A stretch of DNA of 64,000 nt, taken from positions 64,001 to 128,000 of IMG/VR virus record IMGVR_UViG_3300014208_000026. One strand, given 5' to 3'. The position numbers and the translations under genes are program-made. Of this stretch, positions 1-9,731 are shown piece by piece. The notes under the pieces are model-generated. The model ran no database searches. It saw nothing but the letters and a program-made list of their open reading frames with translations, and was not told where the DNA came from. The DNA is from a virus. Lineage: Duplodnaviria > Caudoviricetes. Each line of letters opens with the position of its first letter. The stretch's first letter is position 1.

Positions 1-121
1 AGGTAGGAAAGGTCCGTTGATGGATGGCGGGGCGGACCGTGAATATGCGTTCGGGAACACCACTCCTGCAATGCTGGACGGCATGATCGAGTACGTGAAA
101 AAACACTCGAAGGGGCGGTAA
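1..121 (+). CDS. 3' end of a gene truncated by the window edge
   Basis: Frame 2 is open from the window start (GRKGPLMDGG...KHSKGR) to TAA 119-121; the next gene starts at 124. Confidence 0.5.
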   Translation, partial: GRKGPLMDGGADREYAFGNTTPAMLDGMIEYVKKHSKGR

Positions 122-123
122 CA

Positions 124-552
124 GTGGCTGCAACCCGAACTCTAGTATCTGCAACGTACCAGTCCGTCGTAGACGAAGGCACCTTTACCTTTGTCGTGAC
201 GGTGGACTCGAACTCCATTTCTGGAGTGCAGAGCATTCGGGGTCCGAACGGGACGTACTTGGATTCCATGACCTCGTTGCCTCAAACGGTCGTGCAGGAT
301 ATCCAGGACGCAATCACGCAGGTGGAGGACCAATTGGCCCAGACAAGTGATATCAATGGTCAGTTGGTGTTTGCAGGGGAAACAACGAAGGCTGTGGTTT
401 TCGTGACTCCCATGGGGAACACCAACTATCGGGTGGTTACTTCCGTAGTGGACTACGTCCCTGTTCGAGTGATTAGTAAGACGACGACCGGTTTCACGGT
501 GGAGACTGGCGTCACCTATACGGGTCGCGTTGGGTACGACGTTTTCGTATAA
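124..552 (+). CDS. Putative virion structural protein with a small C-terminal beta domain
   Basis: Thr/Val-rich. The C-terminus (GQLVFAGETTKAVVF..NYRV..SKTTTGFTV..VGYDV) parallels that of 1111..2322 (GSASFTADDTGAVAF..DYSV..TKTVSGFDI..VGYTV). Confidence 0.5.
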   Translation: MAATRTLVSATYQSVVDEGTFTFVVTVDSNSISGVQSIRGPNGTYLDSMTSLPQTVVQDIQDAITQVEDQLAQTSDINGQLVFAGETTKAVVFVTPMGNTNYRVVTSVVDYVPVRVISKTTTGFTVETGVTYTGRVGYDVFV

Positions 553-570
553 GAAAGGGAGGAAAAGACC

Positions 571-1095
571 ATGGATAACACGCTGCTTCGTAAAAATCTG
601 GTTCGGTTGGCGCATGAGAAGCCCGAGCTTCGTGAGAAGCTGGTCCCCCTGCTGAAGAAGACGGCGGGCGCAAATCGGAAGGCTTTTGCTTCCAAGGTGA
701 AGACCGAGTTCAAGATCATTGTTGATCATATTGAGAAGACTACTACAGAAGATTTCCCTGATTCGGGAGCCTCTGGAAAGTCCAGCATCGAGATTTCTAA
801 GAGCAATCTCGGGTCTTTTGGCTCTTTCAGTGAGGTCGTAGGCTTTCTTCAGAGACAGTATGATTTTCCAGGCTCTAAAGAAAATTGGAATGCTTTCGAG
901 CCAGGGCGTGTTACGACGAACCGTTCTGAGACGGACTCCGGGAGTGTCCCTGATACCACAGAGACACTGGGTTGGCAGAAAGGGGAACAACGGCTGTTCC
1001 TTGCAGACTACAATGTCTGGTTCCATTTCGCCCGGGTCTATACGCCGAGCGAGAAGGAAATTTCCAAGGTCTTCAAGATTCCGATGTATGACTAA
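571..1095 (+). CDS. Hypothetical protein with N-terminal PELR-type leader (candidate internal head protein)
   Basis: RBS GGAGG upstream; begins LRKNLVRLAHEKPELREKLVPLLKKTAG. Confidence 0.7.
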   Translation: MDNTLLRKNLVRLAHEKPELREKLVPLLKKTAGANRKAFASKVKTEFKIIVDHIEKTTTEDFPDSGASGKSSIEISKSNLGSFGSFSEVVGFLQRQYDFPGSKENWNAFEPGRVTTNRSETDSGSVPDTTETLGWQKGEQRLFLADYNVWFHFARVYTPSEKEISKVFKIPMYD

Positions 1096-1110
1096 GAGAG
1101 GTAAAAGACC

Positions 1111-2322
1111 ATGGCTCAGGGACCTTTCCAGGTAGACCAGCTTAAGATCGAGCCCTCAGCGGCCGGTACACGAACAATCGGACGCCATACGGATGGATCT
1201 ATTCTGTTCACGGACCCTGTGGCCGGAACTCTGACTCTTGCGCAGTTGGCTGGTTTGCAAACCATGACCAACGTGCTCATGGTCGGTAAGGGAGGCCCCG
1301 CTTCTCGCTACACAACCCTTACGGACGCCCTGGCCACTATCCCCCCTTCCGCGTCGAGCACGAACCCTTACGTGGTTCTGGTCGGTCCTGGGGTCTATGA
1401 AGAGAACGTGATTCTCAACAGCGACGGTGTGACTCTGTTCGCCTTGGGTTCCGTTCGAGTCACGGCTCCCTCGGGGAGTACAACGGCGGCTCTCACTATC
1501 CAGGCGGACGGTTCTGTTGTGCCGAAGGGCTGCAAGGTCATCGGGTTTTCTTTCGTCAACCCAAACAGCAATCGAGACTGTGTTCGCATTTATGGTCTGG
1601 CGGGTTCCGAAGTTGGGTCCGAGTGGCTCTCTTTCCTTGACTGTGACTTCGAAGCTTCAGGGGATGGGGCTTATCAAATTCGAGCGGACACGGCTGACTT
1701 CATCCGTGTCCAAGGGGGTTCCTGGTCGAACAGCCACGTCAACTCCCGCACCAAGTTCACGAACTGCGCTCGGGTTGTGGTTGAAGGGGTGCAGGACGCG
1801 AAAGACTTCACCCTCCTGTACGACACGACTGGTTCCGTTCCGAGTGAGGTTTCCAGTGAGTACCGCTTGGCCTATCTGAGCGGAGTTGACACCATCGCCT
1901 GCACCCTGTCTGGAGCGGGTAGCCTCTTCCTCGACAACGTGTCTCAAACTGGCAACCTCACGGTTGACGGGGACCGGCCTCTAGACGCTAGCTTCTGTAG
2001 GTTCGGAAACCTTACCGTGAACGGAACGGTAGAGGCAACACTGTCTGCCTGTTCCAGAGGAACCGCGACGGGTTCTGGTACAAGCACTCTGGCGGAATCC
2101 TATCTGAGCGGGTCCGCTTCTTTCACGGCGGATGATACAGGGGCCGTGGCTTTCGACGTGGGCCAGCCAGATACCGACTATTCCGTGTCCTTGGAACTCG
2201 GGGCAAATGCCGGAGGGTTAGTTCCTGCTTCGGTAGAGACAAAGACGGTTTCTGGTTTCGATATCGTTTTCGACGCTGCTCAGACCACGACGGTAGGCTA
2301 TACCGTGACTCGCAAGCTGTAA
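1111..2322 (+). CDS. Pectate-lyase-like right-handed beta-helix protein (tailspike/fibre-like)
   Basis: YTTLTDALATI...NPYVVLVGPGVYEENV is the typical beta-helix N-cap, followed by Gly/Ser/Thr-rich beta coils. Confidence 0.55.
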   Translation: MAQGPFQVDQLKIEPSAAGTRTIGRHTDGSILFTDPVAGTLTLAQLAGLQTMTNVLMVGKGGPASRYTTLTDALATIPPSASSTNPYVVLVGPGVYEENVILNSDGVTLFALGSVRVTAPSGSTTAALTIQADGSVVPKGCKVIGFSFVNPNSNRDCVRIYGLAGSEVGSEWLSFLDCDFEASGDGAYQIRADTADFIRVQGGSWSNSHVNSRTKFTNCARVVVEGVQDAKDFTLLYDTTGSVPSEVSSEYRLAYLSGVDTIACTLSGAGSLFLDNVSQTGNLTVDGDRPLDASFCRFGNLTVNGTVEATLSACSRGTATGSGTSTLAESYLSGSASFTADDTGAVAFDVGQPDTDYSVSLELGANAGGLVPASVETKTVSGFDIVFDAAQTTTVGYTVTRKL

Positions 2323-2339
2323 CAGGGAGACGTTGGATT

Positions 2340-3413
2340 ATGAACAAGCAAGCTGCGGCTACCGCCCTCCAGATCGTCGGGGAGTTTCTTTCTCGCGAAT
2401 GGCCCGAAGCCAAGAAGGCTATCGACGTCCAGGATTGGACCAAGGCTCTGAGCTGGGTCGACATGATGCTGTCTGCCTATTTCCACGCGGCGGGGATGAA
2501 CGAGGCTGTTCTCGACCTCTCGGACACGGACGCAGCTTCTCGCCTCTCTTCCCTGAAGCGGGCTTTGGAGCAGGGCGATCCGGACAAGATTGCTATCTGG
2601 GTGCGGTATGTTGAGCAAGAGGCGATCCCCGAGTGGAAGAAGATTCTCGTCAAGTACCGCTGGCAGTCGAAGTGGATGGGCAAAGCGGAGACCCTCATGC
2701 GGATGGCGAATCCGATTCTGAATGAGGCTGCGGGGATGAGCACTGCGATTTGGAAGAAGGTTTCGGAGAAGTATTTCACTGCGGGCCCCGAGGCGGCTCA
2801 GGAAATGCTCGACAAGATTAATGCCCGCAGGAACAAGGTAGCCCAGAAGTTCTCGTATGAGGATATGGTTGCCAACTTCTCACAGGCGAGTCTTGACGCC
2901 AAGGACTACTTCACGGACGGCGGTCAGGCTTGGAACGGCCCGAACTTCTCTCGCGTGCAGGACTACGTTCGTAAGGAGCGGGACGAAGCAACCCTGGACC
3001 TTCCGGTTATGTCGGGAACCAGAGTGGCTTTCAACCCCACCCTGGAAGCACTGTTGACCTATCCGACTCCTCCGAATGCCAAATACGCTGGAACGGTGGT
3101 TCGGGTGCGGACGGCACACGGGGATATGACAGCGGTCAAGGATCTCGTGTTCGTGAAGTGGGATACCGGTTCGTTCATGCCGGTCATGCGTCAGCACCTG
3201 CGTAGGGCGTCGACCAAGAACCAGAAGACGGCTTCCTCCTATCGTGTGGTGACGGCCTCCCTGGGGGACTTGACCGAATTCATGAAGGTTGGCGGGGCCA
3301 GCGACTCTCTCATCCACAAGGCCACTCGGGATCTGTGGAGCCTGGAGAAGTCCGGCGGGAAGTTCGTGCTGGAACGGTTGTTCACGGAATCTGGCGAGCC
3401 GCTTAAGGTGTAG
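2340..3413 (+). CDS. Hypothetical multi-domain protein (helical, SH3-like and small C-terminal domain)
   Basis: Long ORF in operon with RBS GGAG; domains separated by KTAS and KVGG linkers. Confidence 0.65.
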   Translation: MNKQAAATALQIVGEFLSREWPEAKKAIDVQDWTKALSWVDMMLSAYFHAAGMNEAVLDLSDTDAASRLSSLKRALEQGDPDKIAIWVRYVEQEAIPEWKKILVKYRWQSKWMGKAETLMRMANPILNEAAGMSTAIWKKVSEKYFTAGPEAAQEMLDKINARRNKVAQKFSYEDMVANFSQASLDAKDYFTDGGQAWNGPNFSRVQDYVRKERDEATLDLPVMSGTRVAFNPTLEALLTYPTPPNAKYAGTVVRVRTAHGDMTAVKDLVFVKWDTGSFMPVMRQHLRRASTKNQKTASSYRVVTASLGDLTEFMKVGGASDSLIHKATRDLWSLEKSGGKFVLERLFTESGEPLKV

Positions 3414-3415
3414 GG

Positions 3416-4114
3416 ATGCAGAAGAAAGCGGATGCTGGTCAGGATATTCTCTGGAGTCTGGTCGACCGGAGGGCTTATGCAAAAGTGCGTAGTCGTTTGA
3501 TTCGGGAGGACACCCAGGCTGGAGAATTTCTGTCACAGATCGCAGGCAAGCTTATCGAGCTTCTGGATCTCCCCCAGAACGAAGAGTACGCCCTCAATAG
3601 ACTCCGGAACGTGGTCACGAACCATTGGGATATGGGGAACATTCGGAATCAGGTGTTCAAGGCTGCGGATCTGTTGGGGCTGAATCTGCCCTCGGGCATG
3701 TTCGCTTCGAAGAGGGCCGGTCAGAAGAAAGGGCGCCATGCGGGCTACGATATTCTGTTCAAGCTGATCGACGAACAGAAGTACAACGCCAAGCACGATG
3801 AGATCGAGAAGGCGGGGGATGCTCAAACGGCTTCCCTATTCTTGGACATCGGGGCTACTCTGGCGGGTCTTTTCTATCGGATGGTGCCAGGGCGAGAGGC
3901 TTTGGACCATTTCCAAGATGTCGTTGAAAACGGGCTGCGTTGGGACGTGGCTCTGATTCGTGAAAAGGTGGTTTCGGCAGCAAACTCGCTTGGACTGAAG
4001 GTTTCAGGCCTTCGTCTCGCCTCTGGGGACAAACAGCTTCGTAGAGACTTGATTCGTTTGGCTTCTGCTAATCCAGGTCTGAGAAGTGCCCTTCTCCCCT
4101 TGCTTTCAAGGTAG
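3416..4114 (+). CDS. Hypothetical protein with an internally duplicated domain and C-terminal PELR-type tag
   Basis: AGQDILWSLVD and AGYDILFKLID repeats; ends LRRDLIRLASANPGLRSALLPLLSR. Confidence 0.7.
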   Translation: MQKKADAGQDILWSLVDRRAYAKVRSRLIREDTQAGEFLSQIAGKLIELLDLPQNEEYALNRLRNVVTNHWDMGNIRNQVFKAADLLGLNLPSGMFASKRAGQKKGRHAGYDILFKLIDEQKYNAKHDEIEKAGDAQTASLFLDIGATLAGLFYRMVPGREALDHFQDVVENGLRWDVALIREKVVSAANSLGLKVSGLRLASGDKQLRRDLIRLASANPGLRSALLPLLSR

Positions 4115-4120
4115 TGATCT

Positions 4121-4990
4121 ATGGACTCAAAGCAGCAGACTCACCGCATCGTAGCCCGATGGGCCCTGAGACGGGCAGTTCAAGAGGTCTGTGCCTCTCC
4201 AGATTTCCACGTCCGTACCGCTTCTCTTGTTGGATTCACCCCCGAAGTGGTAACTGCTTTTGCGGACAGTTTCATCCTGCCGGTCATTGATTTCCACGAC
4301 CGGACAGCTTTGTTTGGAGGGCTCACCCGTAGGCTATCTCAGTTTGTGGAGATGCTTCGGAAGGCTCCCGCTCTTTGGGAGAAGATCAAAGAATTCCTAG
4401 GGATCAAGAATCTGTTGGATATTCCGAGAGCCATCAAGAAGTGGGCTCAAGAAGGATTCCAGGCGATCCGGAACGTGTTCAAGAAGCTGACGCACGAGTT
4501 TCCCTTGGCTCTGTTCTTCACGGTCCCGAAGGCTATGCCTACAATCACCGATGCTGTGAATCGTATCATGGCGAAGAGCCCCTTCATCCAGCGTGCGGTC
4601 AAGAGCATTCAAGGGGCGGCGGTGAAAATCGATCAGCTACTGGATAGGGCTCTGCCGACTTTCCGGCGTCCCATCCTGGCGGCAATTTTCATTTGGTTCT
4701 GGATGAACATTGCAGAACTGTCTTTCGACCTCCCGGGGACCATCGAGGGTTTCCTGGGTGGGGTTACTCTAGGACAACTTTTCAATGAGTTGCCCGAGAA
4801 CGGTTTGAGTTTCCTGGCGGGCATGTTCGGTTTGGGTTACGAGTTCCTGCCTCTGGTCATTATTGCCCGTGTTGCATGGTTGGTGTCTAAGCGATACATG
4901 AAATGGGTGCCGGGTAAGGGGTTGATAGTTGACTGGGGTGCCGTTACGGCAGGGGCGGAACGGTCTCAAGAATTCGTGTCCGTTTTTTAG
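4121..4990 (+). CDS. Hypothetical protein with hydrophobic C-terminal helices (possibly membrane-associated)
   Basis: PILAAIFIWFWMNI, LSFLAGMFGLGYEFLPLVIIARVAWLV. Confidence 0.6.
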   Translation: MDSKQQTHRIVARWALRRAVQEVCASPDFHVRTASLVGFTPEVVTAFADSFILPVIDFHDRTALFGGLTRRLSQFVEMLRKAPALWEKIKEFLGIKNLLDIPRAIKKWAQEGFQAIRNVFKKLTHEFPLALFFTVPKAMPTITDAVNRIMAKSPFIQRAVKSIQGAAVKIDQLLDRALPTFRRPILAAIFIWFWMNIAELSFDLPGTIEGFLGGVTLGQLFNELPENGLSFLAGMFGLGYEFLPLVIIARVAWLVSKRYMKWVPGKGLIVDWGAVTAGAERSQEFVSVF

Positions 4991-5011
4991 CCTTTAGGCT
5001 TTCCTCTATAG
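4991..5011 (+). promoter_or_regulatory. Putative phage late promoter (bipartite motif)
   Basis: CCTTTAG-N10-ATAG upstream of 5026. Confidence 0.4.
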
Positions 5012-5025
5012 GAGGAGAAGCCCTC

Positions 5026-5652
5026 ATGAGCAGTACAAAACGAGTTGCTAGTCGATATCTACAGCGTCAGTGGCCTCAGAATTTCAGAACCAAGACGGCC
5101 GGTGAGGTCATCCACGTCAAGGACAAGGCGGGAGACGCTCTGGAATGGGCTTATGCCCGTGGCCCGTCCGGTCGTGAGATTTCCCCGAACTTCAAGTTCA
5201 ACGAGAAGAACGTCAAGGTGCTGGCAAAAGTGATGCGCTCCCTGTTGGCCGCCCTTGGCCACACCATGACGGGGTACCACACTTTCACCAAGATCAAGTC
5301 GGTTGGCCTCTCCCCCGACGGCAAGTTGGGTGGCAAGGGTTACGTGATAGAGATCGCCACCATCCGTAAGCACCTGACGAACTGTATCGAGGCCCTCTCT
5401 TCGATCACTGACACCCTCTATGACGAAGTGAAAGCCCCGCATTGGGCCGCCGCTTCTCGTCAGGAGACTCCAGAAGCCAAGCAGGAACTCCATGAGGTCG
5501 TGGAGCAGGCCAAAGAAATCAAAGAGGACCCTGAGGGTTGGGCCGAAGAGCAGGAAGAGGATATGGGGGACGACGTTCCAGAGATCAACGACGAACCCGA
5601 TGAGCCTGTGAACCTTAAGACCGCCAGTACACGCTATCGCAGGAGCCGCTAA
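5026..5652 (+). CDS. Hypothetical protein with N-terminal RVASRYL tag
   Basis: RBS AGGAGG; MSSTKRVASRYL..TKTAG; acidic C-terminus ending LKTAS. Confidence 0.75.
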   Translation: MSSTKRVASRYLQRQWPQNFRTKTAGEVIHVKDKAGDALEWAYARGPSGREISPNFKFNEKNVKVLAKVMRSLLAALGHTMTGYHTFTKIKSVGLSPDGKLGGKGYVIEIATIRKHLTNCIEALSSITDTLYDEVKAPHWAAASRQETPEAKQELHEVVEQAKEIKEDPEGWAEEQEEDMGDDVPEINDEPDEPVNLKTASTRYRRSR

Positions 5653-7811
5653 TGAAACCTAAGAGTGCAAAGTCCAATCTGCCGTTTGACACGACTCCGT
5701 CCCTCGGCTCCAACTACGGCCTGGATGGTTTCGATTTCGACCTGGAGTATGGCGAGGGTGTGAAGGATAAGGCTTCTCTCCCCTCTGCCAGGGGCCTGTC
5801 TGGTTTGCCTGACGGGGTTGTCATGGGCAAGCCAAATATCGAGAAGTTTCCCGTAGGAGTTGTTCGGGCCTCGGAAGGCAACTTCGATTTGACAGCGTTC
5901 ATGTCTGAGCCTCAGTTGAATGACCTGGACTGGTTGGAGTTTGCTGAGCAAGACCTGGAGCGCCTTCCGGAGAATCCCATTCATATTATCCCCGAGTTGG
6001 TCGACGCTTGGGGGGTTGAACGGCGTACTGACGGTGTGAACAAGCGTCTCCCTTACCAGACCAAGGAAGCCATTGATCAGGCCCGTCCCAAGGTTGCCAA
6101 GCCTGGAAAGACGGCCAGCGAGATCAAGGACGTTGTCCGGCAGGCTATGCGCCGGTCCGCTTACGGTGAGCCTCTGGACAAGATTCTGAGAGAAGCGGCT
6201 CTGGCCCTCGGCCCCGATGCTGAGAAGGCCAAGACGGCTATGGCGGCTCTCAGGGCGGAACACGGCTTGGTTGGCAAGGTTCATATTCGAGCCTCGGTGT
6301 TCCCTGGGTGTTGGAACGGTCGTTTTGCGGAAGAGATTCGGAAGTACGCCTCGCAGGCTAAGTACGTGGTTGCGTCTCCTCATTGTGCGGGTTGCGTTCA
6401 CGCCCAGAACAACCACTGCGCGATTTTCAAGAAGGAGATCGTGGTCGACGTTCCGTGGGAACAGGCTCGTACTGCCTATGCCCCTCGTTTGGCGGCGGCT
6501 GGTCAAAAGGTCGCTTCGGACGGCAATGCAAAAGAGGCTTTGAAGGCCGCTCTCACTTCTACCCCCCGTAAGATGCAGTCCTCGCTTGGCCAGATTTTCC
6601 CGACCATCAAGACGGCAACTGGTGTGACCCCCGAAGAGGCTTTTGCTAAGCTGGCTTCCCTTTCCGCTCCGGTCCAGGAGAAGATCGGTATTGCAGACAA
6701 GCAGGCGGCTGAAGAACGAAAGCAAGTGCAGGTCCAGATTGCCAAGTGGCATAGGGCCGGTTTGCTCCCGAGTAAGGAAGAAGCTACTCGGCTGGTGAGA
6801 TCCTCGGCGGACCCCAGGAGTATTCTGAAGGCCGGAGCTGCTTTGATTTTAGCTTCCAAGGCCACTTCGTACAGCGGGTCGGGGATTGTAGTCGACACGG
6901 GAAAGACCGCTTCGCGTGGTCTGGCTTGGAGGGAGTTGGAGCGGGCGGAGAAGGCCAAGAAGGCAATCAAGGCCCGTGTAGAGAGCGATGCTTCCGAAGC
7001 CCTCGGGAAGATGGTCAAGGCCGGACTCCTGAAGGATGAAGAAGTTCGTCGAATCGTCGCCAAGCAGTTGCCCCCCGACGAACAAATGCGGTTGGCTACG
7101 GCTGTTGTGGCTCGCAGGGCTTCCACGGTAGCCCTCCCGCAGAAGACCAAGGCTGCGGCTGACTACACCGGAGCCGGAGAAAGGGCTCTGCCCGCTCGTG
7201 TGGCAGTCCCGAAACCGGCGGCATTCTCCTCACAGCATATTGCCAAGGTCGTGTCTGAGGCAAAGCGGTTGATGAACGCCGGACACGCTGGAAAGATGCT
7301 CGATGGGCTGCTGAAGGTTCATTTCTCCGGTGGTTTGCTGAAGGCGGCTTCGGTAGCGCTCAAGGAAGCCCGGGACGCCCACGAAGGTCTGGCCGGTCAC
7401 GTTTACGTGGATGCTTCCGTTTATGCTTCCCAGCGGGGGACTACAGGCTGCGACGCGGGGGCACTCCTGCATCGTACCAAGGGCACCAAGTTCCTGTTGG
7501 CTATGGATCGGTGCAACGGTTGCACGGCCCACAACGTAGAGGGCGTGTGCCAGAGGTACGGGAAGCAAGTAACCGCTTCAGTTCCCGTGGAGAACCCGAA
7601 GGGGTTTCAGCGGGAAATGATTCGGTTGGCTAACATTTCGGATTCGGAACGAACGGCTGAGTTGTTTGTGACGGACGGCGGGCAGGTTCTCGCTGAGTTC
7701 GGCGGGCTGTCGAACGCCCCCCTGGACGATATCGACCTGGATACCGCCCCGTCGTCCAAGGACCTCGGAGAGATTTTGTTCGGCGGACTCGATGCAGGGA
7801 GTGACGAATGA
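5652..7811 (+). CDS. Large hypothetical protein with a duplicated Cys-containing domain
   Basis: EHGLVGKVHIRASVF..CAGC..NNHC and AHEGLAGHVYVDASVY..CNGC..EGVC; translationally coupled to both neighbours. Confidence 0.75.
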   Translation: MKPKSAKSNLPFDTTPSLGSNYGLDGFDFDLEYGEGVKDKASLPSARGLSGLPDGVVMGKPNIEKFPVGVVRASEGNFDLTAFMSEPQLNDLDWLEFAEQDLERLPENPIHIIPELVDAWGVERRTDGVNKRLPYQTKEAIDQARPKVAKPGKTASEIKDVVRQAMRRSAYGEPLDKILREAALALGPDAEKAKTAMAALRAEHGLVGKVHIRASVFPGCWNGRFAEEIRKYASQAKYVVASPHCAGCVHAQNNHCAIFKKEIVVDVPWEQARTAYAPRLAAAGQKVASDGNAKEALKAALTSTPRKMQSSLGQIFPTIKTATGVTPEEAFAKLASLSAPVQEKIGIADKQAAEERKQVQVQIAKWHRAGLLPSKEEATRLVRSSADPRSILKAGAALILASKATSYSGSGIVVDTGKTASRGLAWRELERAEKAKKAIKARVESDASEALGKMVKAGLLKDEEVRRIVAKQLPPDEQMRLATAVVARRASTVALPQKTKAAADYTGAGERALPARVAVPKPAAFSSQHIAKVVSEAKRLMNAGHAGKMLDGLLKVHFSGGLLKAASVALKEARDAHEGLAGHVYVDASVYASQRGTTGCDAGALLHRTKGTKFLLAMDRCNGCTAHNVEGVCQRYGKQVTASVPVENPKGFQREMIRLANISDSERTAELFVTDGGQVLAEFGGLSNAPLDDIDLDTAPSSKDLGEILFGGLDAGSDE

Positions 7812-9184
7812 TGCAGAACCGAAAAGCCTATATCACCGACCGACCTGAGATGGCAGAAGACCTAGCCGCTCTGCTTGGATTGCTTCATGCCCTGTACTGG
7901 AATGGCTGGACTTCCCACTGGCAGTCGAAGGGGCCTACTTTCCTGGCAGACCATGACCTTTTTTCTCGGGTCTATACGGCCTATCCTGACGAGATCGATG
8001 CTCTGGCAGAGAAGACGGTAGGGTACTTCGGGATTGAGGCCGTGAACGTGTTCCCCCACGTTGAGCGATTCAAGGAGTGGTTGGATTCCGCCATGGAAAC
8101 GGCCGACCCCTTTGAGCGGGCTCTTGAGGGCGAGAATTCTCTGATCCTCTTTGCGGGGACTTTGCGGGAGAAGCTTGGGGACGACTTGGGTCTGTTCCCT
8201 GGTCTTGACGATTTCCTGACGGGACTGTGTGACGCCCATGAAACGAGTGTCTACCTTCTCCAGCAGAGGATCGGGGGAGATCAGGAGCCTGTCGTTACCA
8301 TCCCCGACGTGCCTGTAGAGATGGATCTTGACTCAGAGTGGCAGTCTATCCCTGAGCCTGGGGATGGCGTCCCTCCCGTTCTCGACGACAGTGCCTTGAC
8401 CGATGAGTTGGATTCCGAATGGCAGAAGGTCGGGGCCGCAGTGGCTCCCTCGGCTGAAGGTTTGTTTTTCAACAACCCCGAGCAGCGTGAGGTTCGGGAG
8501 TTTGCTCAGACAGGGGCTCCGTCGAACAACACGGGGATCGCAAAAGCCTCTCCCTTGGAAACCGGAGACGTGCAGGCTACTCCTCCGACTCCTTCCGAGA
8601 TTTTGGAGCAGCCTGGGGCGGACCAGTTCTCGACGCTCAATCGTTACTTGATTCGGACAGAGCAGCCTACGGATGAAAAGGTTACGCAGAGTCACGATGA
8701 ATTGCCGAAGCATCCCGATATGATGCAGCTTCAGGCTTCTTTGGAGCGGGATTGGGTCAAGCTGGCTGCAGCTTACCCCTCTATCATCACCGAGGCTAAC
8801 TGGGAAGAGTTTGAGGCGGGTGAAGGCATTTGGGAACGGGACGGGTTGAAGAGGGCTTGGAAGGGCTACAACGTTTCCATGACCTACGAGATTTACCAGT
8901 CTCCGGAAGAGGATGACGATGAGCCCGCAGATCCCGAGAGGGGCTTTGAGTTCAAGGACCGAAACTACGAGTACCTCGAAGATGCTTTGGACTCCAATTC
9001 TAACCGCAATTGGTTGGAGTGGTCCTCCTCACACCCTTCGAGCGGGGATTGGATTACAAGCGAGGACAGTGAGAACTACCGCACTGGGGAGAGGACTCAG
9101 TACTCCCTTTTCATCAAGCGGGGGGACAAAAACCCCCTGACCAAGTTGGAAATCGACTATATCACCGAGCAGTTCAGGTTGTAA
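7808..9184 (+). CDS. Dps/ferritin-like domain fused via an acidic linker to an unknown C-terminal domain
   Basis: HWQSKGPTFLADHDLFSRVY..DEIDALAEK matches the Dps signature HW...G..F...H..F..Y......D.LAE; HE in the last helix. Confidence 0.65.
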   Translation: MMQNRKAYITDRPEMAEDLAALLGLLHALYWNGWTSHWQSKGPTFLADHDLFSRVYTAYPDEIDALAEKTVGYFGIEAVNVFPHVERFKEWLDSAMETADPFERALEGENSLILFAGTLREKLGDDLGLFPGLDDFLTGLCDAHETSVYLLQQRIGGDQEPVVTIPDVPVEMDLDSEWQSIPEPGDGVPPVLDDSALTDELDSEWQKVGAAVAPSAEGLFFNNPEQREVREFAQTGAPSNNTGIAKASPLETGDVQATPPTPSEILEQPGADQFSTLNRYLIRTEQPTDEKVTQSHDELPKHPDMMQLQASLERDWVKLAAAYPSIITEANWEEFEAGEGIWERDGLKRAWKGYNVSMTYEIYQSPEEDDDEPADPERGFEFKDRNYEYLEDALDSNSNRNWLEWSSSHPSSGDWITSEDSENYRTGERTQYSLFIKRGDKNPLTKLEIDYITEQFRL

Positions 9185-9186
9185 CC

Positions 9187-9687
9187 ATGAGGCATACCGG
9201 AGCCCAACCTCGATTCAGTTTGCTTGTGGCACATTTCTCAGGGGCGCATGACGCCCAAGGAAATCCTGTGAAGCTGCGTAGCGTGATCACGCAGCAGCGC
9301 CTGAGCCTCAGTAATACCACTTGGGGCACAGGGCTGATCACCAGTGCTGTCGACGCCCCGTGTACAGCGACCATTACGGTTGCGGACAACGATTTCTCTA
9401 CGGGAGCCGTAGAACTGCACCTCGACGACCACCTGTTGGTTTCCGGTGTGCATTACGCTATTGGAGCCTCAGCTACTGACACGGCACACAATCTTGCAGC
9501 CGCGATTACGAACCTGCATGGATTCAATGCAACTCATTTGCTTGGGGTTGTATCAATTACGGGTCCTGTGGGTCCCGACGGCGGTACAATTGAATTGAAA
9601 GTGTTGCACCGTGGGACGATTCTCAATGTTACATACACGCCCTTCGTTGTGGGGCAACCCCGTCTCGGGCCGCTCAGCATCGCCTAG
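9187..9687 (+). CDS. Hypothetical, probably structural (beta-rich) protein
   Basis: Compact ORF between operon genes; Thr/Gly/Ala-rich; TAHNLAAAIT motif. Confidence 0.55.
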   Translation: MRHTGAQPRFSLLVAHFSGAHDAQGNPVKLRSVITQQRLSLSNTTWGTGLITSAVDAPCTATITVADNDFSTGAVELHLDDHLLVSGVHYAIGASATDTAHNLAAAITNLHGFNATHLLGVVSITGPVGPDGGTIELKVLHRGTILNVTYTPFVVGQPRLGPLSIA

Positions 9688-9699
9688 TCCGTTTTTCAT

Positions 9700-9721
9700 C
9701 CTTTACATTCCGTCACTGTAG
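9700..9721 (+). promoter_or_regulatory. Putative late promoter
   Basis: T-tract then CCTTTAC-N11-GTAG, directly before the RBS of 9732. Confidence 0.35.
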
Positions 9722-9731
9722 GAGGAAGGCC

